Translations under genes and position numbers: made by a program
NCBI RefSeq assembly: GCF_036365525.1
Contig: NC_090379.1
Coordinates: 27,395,790 to 27,459,789 of the forward strand
Origin: Heterodontus francisci
Taxonomy: Eukaryota
Length of the DNA stretch: 64,000 bases
Direction: 5' to 3'
The notes under the pieces: generated by a model
Told to the model about the DNA's origin: nothing
The model's input: only the letters and a program-made list of their open reading frames with translations
Database searches by the model: none
Shown here: positions 23,713-36,100 of the stretch, one piece after another
Layout: every line of letters begins with the position of its first letter
Numbering within the stretch: the first letter of the stretch is position 1

Positions 23713-24054
23713 CTTTTATTATTTATATGCCTATAGAAGACTTTTGGATTCTCTTTTATGTTAGCTGCCAGTCTTTTCTCATGCTCTCGCTTTGCTTCTC
23801 TTATTTGCTCGCTTCATTCTATCTGTATATTTTCCTAGTAAACAGCAAGATTCAATGTTCACTAATTAACTAACAGAGGTATCCTACATGGCTCCATCGC
23901 TCTGCTAAGGGGAACAGAGTAAAGACAGATCTAGTAGCCCATAACGAGGCATCAATGAGATACTGTGGGCCATGAAAAGTGGCAGATTTGTATCCTTGTG
24001 GCCTGACACACCCCTCACTCCTACATCATATCAAGCCAGGAGACCAGCCATAGT

Positions 24055-24165
24055 GTATCCGTCTTTCGGATGAGATATTAAATCGAGGCCCCATCTCTTC
24101 TCTCAGGTGGGCATAAAACATCCTGTAACACTTCAAAGAAGAGTAAAGGAGTTCTCCCAGTGTAA
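24055..24165 (+). mobile_element. DeuSINE domain fragment
   Basis: GTCTTTCGGATGAGATATTAAATCGAGGCCCC...; reverse-complement similarity to 62734-62840. Confidence 0.6.
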
Positions 24166-24508
24166 GGTGAATACTTACCATTTGCGTGGTTGGGTACAAT
24201 TACAACAACATTCAAGAAGCTCAAACACCATCCAGGAAAGCAGACCAGTTGATTGGCCCTCCAGGACTCAATATCCACCCTCTTTGCCACTGTGCACTGT
24301 GGATGCAGTATGCATTACCTACAGGATGTACGATAACATCTCACCAAGCTTACTTTGATGGCACCTGTCTTGTACTGCCAAGAAGATAAGAACAGAAATG
24401 TTGAGGGACAATTATGGCTTCCAAGTTCCCCTCTTTGTCATGCAACATTCTGATTTGGGCATATATCATATTTCCTTATTGTTGCCTGGTCAGTACTTTG
24501 GAATTCTT

Positions 24509-26240
24509 TGTTACGATCAGGTGAAGAGGGGCCACCAGGCTCCCCTCTTGTCCTCCTCCTTGTTTGACTGCAACAGGGTTTATTCTTTTTAAAGAACAGT
24601 GGTTATGCCGACCACCTCAGTGAGTGTTTTACCTTTTTCTTTTATTGCGATTATAAAAGAACCAATCGGACAGGTTTTCTTGAGTTTAAACAAGAAAGAC
24701 ATGAGTTGATCTTTGAGACAGTTGAGCAGAGGGTTTTCTTCCCTGGGTCTTTGTCTTGGATTTAGCAGCCAGAGAGAGAAGCCTCTTTTGGCTTCTGCAC
24801 AGATTGGCGTGACTCCCGTCTGTGACAAAACTCCCAGTTTTACACAGCCTGGTGGCGGACTGTTATGGTCAGGTGAGGAGGGGTCAAAGGTCTTCCTTCT
24901 TTTCCCTCCTTGTTTGACCACAACAGGTTTAATTCTTTCTTAAAGTGGATGTACTGGCCAATTCAGTAGGTTTTTGATTACTTACTTGCTATGATCATAA
25001 CAAGAACCAATTGGACAGATTTTCTTGAGTTAACAAAGAAAGAGGTTAACTTTATTGTACCTAAACCGAAATAATAAAAATAATAAACAACATGCCAACT
25101 TTCACTCTCACACACACACTAGTGGTTTACACACACAAATAGGTTACAGAATGGTGAAAGGTAGTTTGGTTGAGTTAGAGTTCATAAAAAAAGGGGGTAT
25201 ACAGTCTATGGTGTTTGGTTATTTGGCTGGCTTCTGGCTGAATTCAGTCGTCCTGAGGCTTTTAGTTTGAAGAGATTGTTAACTGGTTTGGTGGGTCTCT
25301 TGGCGACTGCAGATGATTTCCTGCAACGGGTTTTCTGATTGTAGCCAGAGTATGCAAAGGTGGTCAGTCAACAAGCAGGACTTGAAAGCTTTCGAGCTGG
25401 ATTGGGGAGAGAGAGAGAGAGAGAGACCCCCACTTAGGGTCTGCTTATGTCAGAGTCCAGTTGCTTTTCCTCTGCTGCAGAGAAAAAAACAGCTTAAAAG
25501 CACTGCTGGTGAGGGGCTTGCCACATGACAGTAACTCAGTCATTCAAACATAGCAGTTAGCAGTATTTCTCTGCTTGCTGAGAGAACAGGTAGTTCCTTT
25601 AAACTTCCTGGGTCTTGGTTCTTGCTGGGATATTAGCAGACATTTTGTCTCTTTCCTCACAGTCCTTTGCAAATTAGGATACAGTATAGCAAACTAAGTG
25701 ATCATCTTAAGCTGAAAGGATGACTTTGCTGGCAGCTTGTCTTTTAAATCTTCTAAAAAATACAAATTCAGATCTTCAGTCAGTGGATTAAAGAAAATTA
25801 TTATTCAAGAAAGCACATTGGAGCAACAGGGACTGTCATATGGTTTTCTCAATTCCCTTTGTTTTTATTGAGGTCCAAAGTCTAAAGCCCAAAACCTCTC
25901 TCAGGGGTTATTGTTATTGTTTGTACCCTGGAAGGACGTCTCCACTCATGAATGCCTCAAGTTGGCTTTGAATGTCTTGCTAATGAAAGCAATCTCAGGT
26001 CGTTCAATCACTAGGGCAAGCTATTATGTTGGGTAAAGGCTAATCAGACATGCATCTTCCTTTGATGTCTTGGAATGTGAAAGGTGTTCAAATGCCAATG
26101 CTAGCAGCCATTTTTAGCTGGTGGCAAAACCTTTGTAAAAGTTGAATGTAATATTACAGCTTTCCTTTTTTTAAGTTTAATGTAGGTTTCCAGTCGATGA
26201 ATTATAAAATCCTCCTTTGCCATAGCAGGTTTTCTTGACA
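24509..26240. mobile_element. Composite LTR-like insertion in an old LINE 3' fragment
   Basis: Termini TGTTACG...CTTGACA, with a second related LTR start at 24861. Flanks 24165-24508 and 26241-26370 join into a diverged copy of the 14430-14940 LINE tail. Confidence 0.6.
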
Positions 26241-27519
26241 TTTACCTAACACCATTGGCTGCATGCATACCACAAGGATTGCAATGTTTCAAGGAGCCTC
26301 CTTACCACCTCAGAGCACCTAGGGGTAGGCAATAAATGTGGCTTAGCCAGCATTATCCATATCTCAAGAATAAATATTTTAAAAATGAACTAATCTGGGC
26401 TTCATTCATTTCTTGGCTCACTGATACTTTATACTGTTCTTTAAAACCTAGCTCTTCAGTCAAGTTTTTAACTATCTGTCCAAATATCTCCTTATGTAGC
26501 TCAGTGTCAAAGTTTGCTTGATGACACTCCTGTGCAGTGCCTTAAGATGTTTTACTGCATGAAAGATGCTATATGAATGCAAATTGTTGTTGTCATGCTT
26601 TGAATAAAATCTTCCTCATACACAGATCCCAAGGTGTTCATAAAAGAAATACAATATATGCAGAAAGGAAAGCAAACTAGTTATGTATAAGAAGGCAAGA
26701 GGGAGAATAGGGTGCATCCATGTTTTATTACAGGAAAAGGTAATTATGGAAGAAAGTATTTTCAAGGTAAAACTACTTCTCTGTATTTATTTAAAGGAGT
26801 GACATTAGAGCAAATGATTTGTCAGGATGTGGTGATTTTCATCCAGCACAACTATGACCATCCCCAGTTTTTTTTCCTTTGCTGGCAATTTAATTTTCAT
26901 CATCAGTTTAATTTCAGTGCTGTTGGGCCTATTTCAACTTTTCCAAGCGTGAAGCTGGCTTCCAACTAGTTATTGTAACAGTTGCTTATACAGTTGCCAA
27001 GAGCTCAGCTCACACTGTTCAAAATTTGTCTGAATTAAGGTGTTACAGAGTACATGTAAAAATTAAGGAGAATCAAAGTTTTTTGTTGCAAGAAATTAAT
27101 TGTAGATATACTGAGGATTGAACCCAAATGAAAATAAAAATCACCACCTAAACATTTGAACAATACTGATCAATTTTTATGTAAAATAATCTGGAAGCCA
27201 TCTCCGAGAGTAATTGGTGTGCTGGCTTTAAGAGCACTTGTTACAGTAAATGCTGGTCACAACATGTTCCGCGAGCTTGCCAGTGGTAATTCAAATTCTA
27301 ATTTAAACCATGCCAATGTGCTGATTGCTCTTCCACTACACAACTAGCTGAAATTTGCTTCTATCTTAGGTTGGTTGAGAGAGAATGTAAGAAAAATCAG
27401 AGCAATAAAAGCTCTGTAAGCAGTAAGCCTGCTTCGTCCACACTCCATGCATACCTTTGGAAATTGGGATATTTCCATAGGAATAAAGAAGGCTATGAGG
27501 AGAGTTAATAGAAGTGTGA

Positions 27520-27825
27520 AATTATGAAGAAATTCTTTCAGTCAAGAGAGAAAGACTATCTCCTCTGGTTTTGGAGTTGGTGAATTCAGGATTATCACTG
27601 AGAGAGTGTGGAGAGATGTTAGTAGAAATTTCTCTATGCAGAGGTTGGAGCATGAAATGTTTTATGGTGGAGTGGTTGAGATAGATGCTTTTGGATAGGT
27701 TTGAAGCAGAGGAAGGTGCAGGGCTATGAGGAGAGCGCCAGGTAGTAGGATTAGTTTTGGATTGTTTTAGCAAAGAGCTGGCACACCCAACGAGGGGCTG
27801 AATGGCCTCCAGTACTATAAACCTC
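27520..27825 (+). mobile_element. Old CR1 3' fragment
   Basis: Decayed CR1 3' motifs (GGGGCTGAATGGCCTCC). Confidence 0.55.
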
Positions 27826-30327
27826 AGTGGTAATTATTGGTAATGGTGAGGGATTTCTCTCCCATAAAATCTGCTGATCCCCTACTTTAGGAAACGGTGC
27901 AGGTAATTTTTACCTTCAACACATAAGCAGTAAACTGGCAAAGTGGATTCATTATAGAAGGTGCCCAATTTTCATTTCGGGTTCTATAACAGCCTGATGA
28001 TTTGCTCCACCAGTTTACTGCCAAAGCAGTGCAGATGTAAATGACTCCCATTGATTTCCTTCCCTGAATAAAGATCAAGCAATCCTACTGAATAAAAATC
28101 TCTTTAAACCTTAATCTTGCTTTTCAAGAGACAACGATCCAGAATTAAATACCTTTTTCTGGGAGATTTTTGCACATAGTAGCATTTGTACAGCAGGTTT
28201 AAATGGAAAATGTCCCACTGCACTTTCTAAAAAGATCAGTTTTCATGTAGCCCAGGAGTCATTTGAACAAGACCTTTCTCCTTGCTCGAGTGATTTAAAT
28301 TATGAGAGCGATCATAGAGTGGTTCCGTTGCAAACTAATCCAATTTGTCTGAAGTGGAGCAGTCTGGCCCTGGGAAAGAACATTGCAAGCTGGTAATGCA
28401 CATTTCTCAAACCATAGCACTAGTTCCCAGGGCTAGATGTCCTCACTGCAGTGCATAGACCAATATCAAGTTGATTCCATGGTGCTTGCAGTGGAGCTAA
28501 CCCCCCATAAAACACGATAACCACCCCGCACCCTGTCCCCCACTCCACCACCCCTGACTTCCCGCTTTGTAAATGTCAGTTATATTTTTGCAAATCCGGG
28601 AGCAATAAAATGTCCTCTACTACCTAGCAACCCACAATGAAATTCTCCTTACGATCAGTCGTTGCTCTGCAAGTTAAATAGAGTATATGAGCACTGAGTT
28701 CAAGCTCGCACATATGTGTAATTGTATATCTAAATACATTTTGTGAATGAGTGGACTTTCCATACCATTTTCTGTAACAGCCTTTTTTTCATACCTACTT
28801 ACATTATCTATCTATATATATTCAACCTTTTTCTTCTGCTTTCACCTGATTGAATCATTCTTGACATGTCATAGAGTTATACAGCACAGAAACAGGCCCT
28901 TTGGCCCATGTGATTCAATACCAGGAGGGCTCTCAGCCCTGACTCCAAGGCCAATTCTTTTTCAATCTACATAAACTTAAGACGTTAGAATACTGCCGGC
29001 CATTTTTTGAAGAGATTTTGTTTTTGATACGTAGTTTTTATTGTTTTATTTTGCTACCAGATATGATGATTTTAGGTAAATAATGTGTAGAGAGTGTGCT
29101 TTGTTGCCTGTTATGCTGAAATAATCAGATTGGTGACTGCATGGCCCTGCCCTGAAAATAAATTAGTCACACCGTGGTAGTTATTTCTAAATAAAAGTGG
29201 GTTTGCATTTTATTATTTTAGGTTGAAACTTGTGTATCTTGGTGAAGTTTCTCCACTTGTACCTCACTGTGTTCACTGAGGCTACAGTGTTAGGGAGGGG
29301 CATATTCTGTGACTTCTCCCATCTTACGAGTGCTTCCATACCCCTGCTTTGAGGCTTACGGAATGCCCTCCTAAATGCTTACACACCATGAACCACCTGT
29401 GCTACCCAAGCTTCCAAATCTTGGGATCATGGTCCCCATTTCATCCTATCTACATAAGTTTAGTCCTACATGATTAATAAAACCCATTTTGGTCATTGTG
29501 ATGCAATTGCATACAAAACACGACATTTTGCACTCTAAGTTTTCCAGAATCCAGCAGATGTTTAAAACATAACTGTTCCTTTCCACAGAGAGATAGACTG
29601 GGTGTGAAGGTTTGATTTCGTCAACACACTGTCAGTTGTCTGATACATCACTTGGGTTGTAGAAAAAGAGACAGACTCTTTCCCATATCTCCTTTATTTA
29701 TCCTTTTTCTCCCTTGAACCAATTTTCAATCCCTGATGTTTGCTACTTAATCTCATTTAGAAAAACAGTCAGTAAGACATGTCTTGAATTTAAACTGCAA
29801 ATAAAAGCACAAGCAGTTTTTAAAAAAAACACTCGTCCAATTAAAGCAAACTGTTTTGAAACATCAACTTGGATTTCTGCCAGACATTTTCAAGGCTTCA
29901 AGGCTGAAGCTTATCTCTTACAAAACAATCTATTCAGTGCCTTTTCACAATTGCAAAACTAACTTTTAAATAAAAATAAAAAAACTAAATCAGCATCTTT
30001 AATTTAAAATGTAATTCAGTTTTCAATTATTTTCCAATTCTGAAAGTGCATAATCTTAAATGGAAATAAACACACTTTCATGCGACTTAGTTCAAAATCA
30101 AAACATGCCTCACATTTCTCACAAAAGTAAACTCATGTACACATACATAGAGAGGACAAGTAACAAACTTAAACCATTCTGTATACTACTAACATTAAAG
30201 ATGAGACTACAAATGTTTCAATGACTTTTAGTCTGTGCACAGAACAGTAAAGCTGACACACAGCGTAGTTTTTTTTTTAATCAAACCTCCAAACAAAAGA
30301 AGTACTGTCATTTGAATTCTCATACAC

Positions 30328-30905
30328 CGGGCTGGATTTAATGGGCCCTCCCCGAGGTGGGGTTGGAGGCAAGGGGGGCATGGAGAATCGCGACAGCTGG
30401 TGGGAGGCGGAGGACCCGTCGCCAAATGATCTTACTGGGAGCGGGACAACACTCCCTGCAGGCTTAGGGCAGGGGTCTCTCTGTGGGCAATCTGTGCCCC
30501 TGGAGGACCCTTGCTGGAAAATACTTTACCCCCCCGAGACACCCTCCCCCTGTTATGCACCATCCCCTCACCAGGACCTTGCAGACTGGCCCAGACGACC
30601 CTGCCTCACTTACCTGAGGTCCAGGGTTCCAGTGCTGGGCCTGTGTCCAAGGGCTCTGCAGTACCAGCAGTGGCCACTGCTCCTGGTGGCATGCTGATAC
30701 TGCTGAGCTGTCAGCCCTGTGAGTGGCCAGCAGCACTTCGAGGCAGGATCATTGTATTTAAAGGAACGGGGATCCTGGCTCATGAAACTTAGATTTAAAA
30801 AGATGGAACACTCTGCGGGGGGTGGGGGGTGGGCTTTTCCTCACCTTTGCGGGCCAGCGCCAGGAGCCCTGCTTCTCTCATTCTCTTTTCCCTTCCCCCC
30901 TCCAC
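30328..30905. mobile_element. Harbinger-like MITE fragment
   Basis: GGGCTGGATTT terminus; GC-rich; related to 18811-19518. Confidence 0.55.
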
Positions 30906-31198
30906 TCTGGGAGTAGGGGACACAGATCGAAACTTTTGCGCAAAGGATGCAGGGGGAATACGAAGAAGCACTTTTTTATGCAGCGGGTGGTAATGACGTG
31001 GAACTTGCTGCCCAAAGGATGGTGGAAGTGGAGATGATCAGTGACTTCAAGAGGAAGTTAGATGGCCACCTGAGACTTGCAGGACTATGGGGATCGAGCC
31101 ATGGAGTGGGACTGACTGCATAGTTCCATGGAGAGCTGGCATGGGCTCGATGGACAGAATGGCCTCCTTATGTGCTGTAAGTAAATGACTCTTTGACT
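30905..31198 (+). mobile_element. CR1 3' fragment
   Basis: KHFFMQRVVMTWNLLP region; GACTCTTT repeat tail. Confidence 0.75.
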
Positions 31199-31545
31199 CT
31201 CTCCCCCCCCCCACCCCGTTTCTCCCCTCTCTGTCTCTCAGTCTCTATCTCTCCCCCCCACTGTCTGTCCATCTCCCTGTCTCCCTCTCCTCCCCCTCTC
31301 TCTCTCCACCCCCCATGTCTCCAGTGTTCCCCGCTCAGCATTCCCAGCTCTGTGTTCCTCACTTTCTGCTCAATATTCCCGGTTCCCCGCTCAGTGTTCC
31401 CTGCTCCCTGCACAGTGTTCCCTGCTTTCTCTGTCCACCCCTATCTTTCCCCCACTCTCTGTCTCTCCCCACTCTCTTCCTCTCCCTCCCTCCCTCTCTC
31501 CCCTCTTCCTTTCTATCTCTCCCCCCCTCCACTCTCTCTTTTACA
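31199..31545. repeat. CT-rich low-complexity tract
   Basis: Read directly. Confidence 0.85.
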
Positions 31546-31923
31546 CACCCACAGTTGCAGAGAGTTGCAGGTCAATTCTTTTAAAAAAGATCGCTGTCAG
31601 TTTCACAGCTGACAGCTGCTGACATCGGGAACAGCCATTTCCCAACAGACTCGGGGTTTTCCAGCGACCTTTTTAAAAAAAAAAGTCAGAACGTACCAGA
31701 AAACTCTGAGTCTGTTGGGAAATGGCTGTTCCTGATGTCAGCAGCTGTCAGCTGTGAAACTGACAGCGTAATAGTTTAAAAGCCGGTCTGACAATGGGAA
31801 ATTTCTCATCTCTAGTCATGGTGAGGATGAGGAACGGCCCTGGGAACGTTGCCATCCGCGGGACGGATGGAAACCTTTGGTGGGCCAGATCCTGGCCTGC
31901 AGGCCATATGTTGGACAACCCTG
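31545..31923. mobile_element. hAT (Charlie-like) non-autonomous element end with internal long palindrome
   Basis: Right terminus reverse complement CAGGGTTGTCCAACATATGGCCTGCAGGCC; ~70-bp inverted repeat at 31592-31661 and 31699-31768. Confidence 0.65.
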
Positions 31924-31999
31924 GATTAGAGATATGCTGCTGTTGTAACAAAGCAGTTGTACACTGGTTACAGAGCTCCAAATCTCGGACCCACTGTTA

Positions 32000-33147
32000 A
32001 GCCAGAAGGTTCCTTGCCTTTTGACTTTTAACTTTTTCTGATCTACCTACTTAAAGTAAACTCTGTGACTTCCCTATGTGGCTTCTGATTGCCTGCATTC
32101 AGGCATCCAACCATTAAGTCCTGCATTTCATAGATGGGTAGCTAATCTAACATTTTCTCAAAAGACCTGCTTGGCGTCATGGGCAACATAGTTATACTCT
32201 ATCTATTCTCTCATAAGTCCCTTTGATCACTGATGGATCCATTAGGGTCCTCACACTCCAATAAATTCACAACCTAGTCACATCCGATCTGGAGTGCCAC
32301 TGTAATCACGAGTCAATCCCAGAGGGTTTAACTCCTTCCTCACAACAGGATTGGATGTGACAAAAGTTCAGTTGTGAAGCTACTTAATGAGACAAAGTCA
32401 CAACAAGTTTATTAAGTTTCATGCAAACTATGGCAATAAACATGGCAGTGATTTACGCATAGCATATACTTCCCGTATTAGTCCTGGATGGGGAGCGCAC
32501 ATCTTCACTTGCAGCTTTTGGTCTTCAAACTTTTCTCTTTGTTTTTCTCTCTCTCTCACTCTTGCCTTTTCTCTTTGTTTTCTTGTTTCTGGTTCTCTCC
32601 ACTGTGCAGACCCAACCGGTCGGTCCTCTTTTATCCTGGCTCTTATCCAATTAACCCCTCCCAGTGCCCAATCATGTTTATCCCCGTGGCTATCATGCCC
32701 TGTGCATGCCTTTCTTGACCAGGTATTTGTTCATGTGGCTGTTACCAACCTTACATAATTACATTATGTCTTTCATTATAACATTCTTCACTCCTTCTCA
32801 AGGTCTACATTCTGTTCCTTCTTATCAACTTGAGAGAGAGCTGCTAGACAGTTCTCAGCCAGCTCTTCAAGAACTTTTAGCTCCAGCTGCAGTGGGCTTA
32901 TTACTGTTTGACAGGATTTCCCACAGTCTCTCTGTCTTGCCATCTTTTATACTATGCCCCATTTTTCAACTATATTATATTACAAGAGTTCTTTGGCAGG
33001 GTTAAATATTAAGAATCATACAATAGGATGACAAATATTGACGTTGCAGCTAAAAGAAGAACAACACTGTATTGTGGCTGTAAACAATAGAACAGCCTAT
33101 GATAGCAAACAATTAAATGAATAATCTTGAACAGGAACACCGTAACA
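32000..33147 (-). mobile_element. LTR (32301-33147) with PBS and leader remnant, probably with a nested LTR at 32373-32755
   Basis: Minus strand TGTTACGG...GATTACA, followed by the PBS-like TGGCACTCCAGATCGGA (32283-32299). Confidence 0.5.
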
Positions 33148-33171
33148 AATGTGGTTTTACGGGTGGTATTG

Positions 33172-36100
33172 TGTTAGGGTCTGAAGTTCTGTTAATAGAT
33201 GATTAATACCTGGTAGTTCAAGATAATAGGTTGAATAAGTGTTGGGTGTTAATTAGTTAATTGTATTCAAGTGTGTATATATAAAGAAGAGCCAGCCAGC
33301 ACTGTCTGGGGGTGTTGTTTGGAGAGTGGAAATAAGCTCTGTGATAAGCAATAAATAATCTGCACCAAAGCATCCTAGTCTCAGTGTCTTCTTCACAAAC
33401 AGGCTTAGAAATTTCTCTGACATTGGTAGCAGAGGATGGTTGCCTGAAAGTGAAGATTGGCGACTAAGATTTGTTTTCAGACAGGAGATTAGAATTGGAG
33501 TTTTGCTTTGCGAAAGCTGTATTTGGAGTTTTTTTTTTGAAGAAAGCTGACTGAAACCAAGTGTAAGGTGTCGGGATATGATTTTCTACTGCTGTTTTGT
33601 GAAGTTGATTATATGGATATGAGTTATGTCTTTACCAAAAGGAAGCAAAGAATGGCTCTTGCACTTTCACTTCCCACCAGAAGCAAGATCAGGGGCAAAG
33701 TGTTTTCAGAGCTAGAGGCTCATCATTTGGATGATGAGGAAGATGTGGACAAACACTTGACAAATGTGGATAAAATTTATATGAAAAATGACCTATTAAG
33801 TGCCTATGAGGCGTGATCAGACTTTGATAAATTTAGAAAATTGGATTGTTCTTCCACAGACGAATATATTATGGAGTTTAACCGACTATATGCAAGGTTT
33901 CTGCGATCCTCCTTGGAAATTCCTAGATCAGTACTAGCCTTCAAATTGTTGGATTGTGCTAGGATGTCGAACATGGATAGGCTCTTGGTATTAACCGGAG
34001 TTAGATTCAATGAAAAAGATATGCTGTTTGATCAGATGTCTGACGCCCTAAAAAGATTTTTGGGAAAACGTTCCTTTCCAGCTGCTTTCATGGCACAGAT
34101 GGGCTCTTTAGCGGTGACACCGAAGGAGGAGCATACAATGTTAGCAACATTTCGAGGCCGTTCAAGTATGGGGCCCAGACGTCAGTACGAAAGGCGAAAC
34201 ACACACAAAATGAATAAGGATAGAGACCCTTTTGGCAGCTATAACAGACAGCAGGAATTGAGTAATTATGGCAGAAGGATGAAGCCCAAGAATAAGCAAG
34301 GGGTGGTCAACAGGTGTTTCCGATGTGACTCAAAGTATCACTATGCGTTGCATTGTCCAAAAAGGAATAACAGGATCTTTGAAATGACACATGACGTGAA
34401 TGGTGCGGAAGGTAAGGATGACGCTGCTGATCAATCAGAAGGTATTGTACTGGTCACGAGAAGCTTCAGTCCGGTAATAAGTGTCCTAGTCGCAGATATG
34501 TTCAATTGCGCAGTAGTAGACAGTGGATGTACGTCCGCAGTATGTGGAGTGGACTGGTTAAGGTGTTACATGGATTCTTTAAGTAAGGAAGACTGAAATA
34601 AGGTCAAAGAATACAATAGTTCTACTTGTTTTAGGTTTTGGGGTGATAACCTGTTGAAATAACTAAAAAGAGTGGTAATTCTGTGTAAAATAGCAAGGGT
34701 AAACCATTTTATTAGTACGGATGTAGTATCCAGTGACATACCTTTGCTGTTAAGTAAACCGTTTATGAAAAAGGCTTTGATGAAATTGGATGTGGAACAT
34801 GATAAGGTGGTTGTCTTTGGGAAATCTGTAGCTTTGCGGTTTACACGGTCAGGACATTATTGTATTCCTTTAGCATGACCTAATATCTCTGAGCAGGATG
34901 TTAAAGAAGTATTAATGGCACCTGGGGGCAGGGATTTAAAGGAGAAAAGGCAAAATATTTCAAAACTACGTCGACAGTTTGTACATCCATCTTGTCAGGT
35001 TGAAGATGTTGTTAAAAGCTGCAGGAGTAACAGATGATTATACTAAACTTATTGACGATATCAGTTGAAAATGTGATATCTGTTTTAAAAAAAAAATACA
35101 GGAGGATGCCATTGTGACCCATAGTGAGGCTCCCATTAGCAAGGGACTTTAATGAAACTGTACCGATGGACTTAAAGGTATGGGATAAAGAAAAAAACAT
35201 TTTTATTCTATACTTTATAGACATGGTGACTAGCTTTGGTCTGTTGACGGTAATTTATAGTAAAGGCAAAAAAGTAATAGTGGACAAGATAATGGAAAGG
35301 TGGATAGGAACAGGACTGGGAGCACTGGCTTTCTAACTGACAATAGTGGAGAATTTGCCAATGATGAGTTCAGGAATATGTGTGAAAATATGAATATTGT
35401 AGCAATGCACGCGGCAGCAGAAAGTCCTTTTACTAACGAGATTTGTGAGAAAAATCATGCAGTGACTGACGAAATGCTCTGAAAAATTTTAGCAGACCAG
35501 CCAAATTGTAAATTAACGACTGCTCTGCTCTGGTATGGGCAGTACATGTGAAAAACACATTTCAAATGGTTGGGGGTTACAGTCCCTATCAATTAGCTTA
35601 TGGCAGGAATCCAAAAATACCTTCGGTAATGTGGGATCATGCCCCGGCTTTAGAGGGGACTATAATTACTTCATTTTTTGCGGAACGTTTGAATGCCATA
35701 CATGCAGGGAGAAGAGAGCAGCTTCTTCTTGGAAAGTCTACATCAAACCAGTGGGAGTCATTCAGAAAGGAAATAGTGAGGGTTCAGGTCCAACATGTTC
35801 CCGTAAAGGTGAAGGGTAGGACCAACAAATCAAGGGAATCCTGGATGCCAAGGGATATAGAGGATTAGATAAAGGAAAAAAGGAGGCTTATGGCAGATTC
35901 AGAGTGCTGGAAACAGCGGAGGCCCTAGAGGAGTATAGAAAGTTTGGGGAAGTACTTAAATATAAAGTAATTGGGAGAGTGAAGAGAAGACATGAAAAAT
36001 CACTGGCAGACAAGATAAAGGAAAATCCCAAGTCATTTTATAAGGGAAAGAGGATAACCAGGGAAAAAGTGAGGCACATTAGGGATCAAAGATGCAATCT

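Larger units (their letters stand above)
17900..23830 (-). mobile_element. Old antisense CR1 segments repeatedly interrupted by younger insertions
   Basis: Collinear RT pieces at about 17900-18010, 19519-19575, 20138-21268, 21666-22055, 23010-23270 and 23713-23830. Confidence 0.75.

Noticed and set aside
29063-29119. C/D box snoRNA (ATGATGA...CTGA)
   Set aside because: Short, no convincing terminal stem, and no rRNA or snRNA complement that I recognise.
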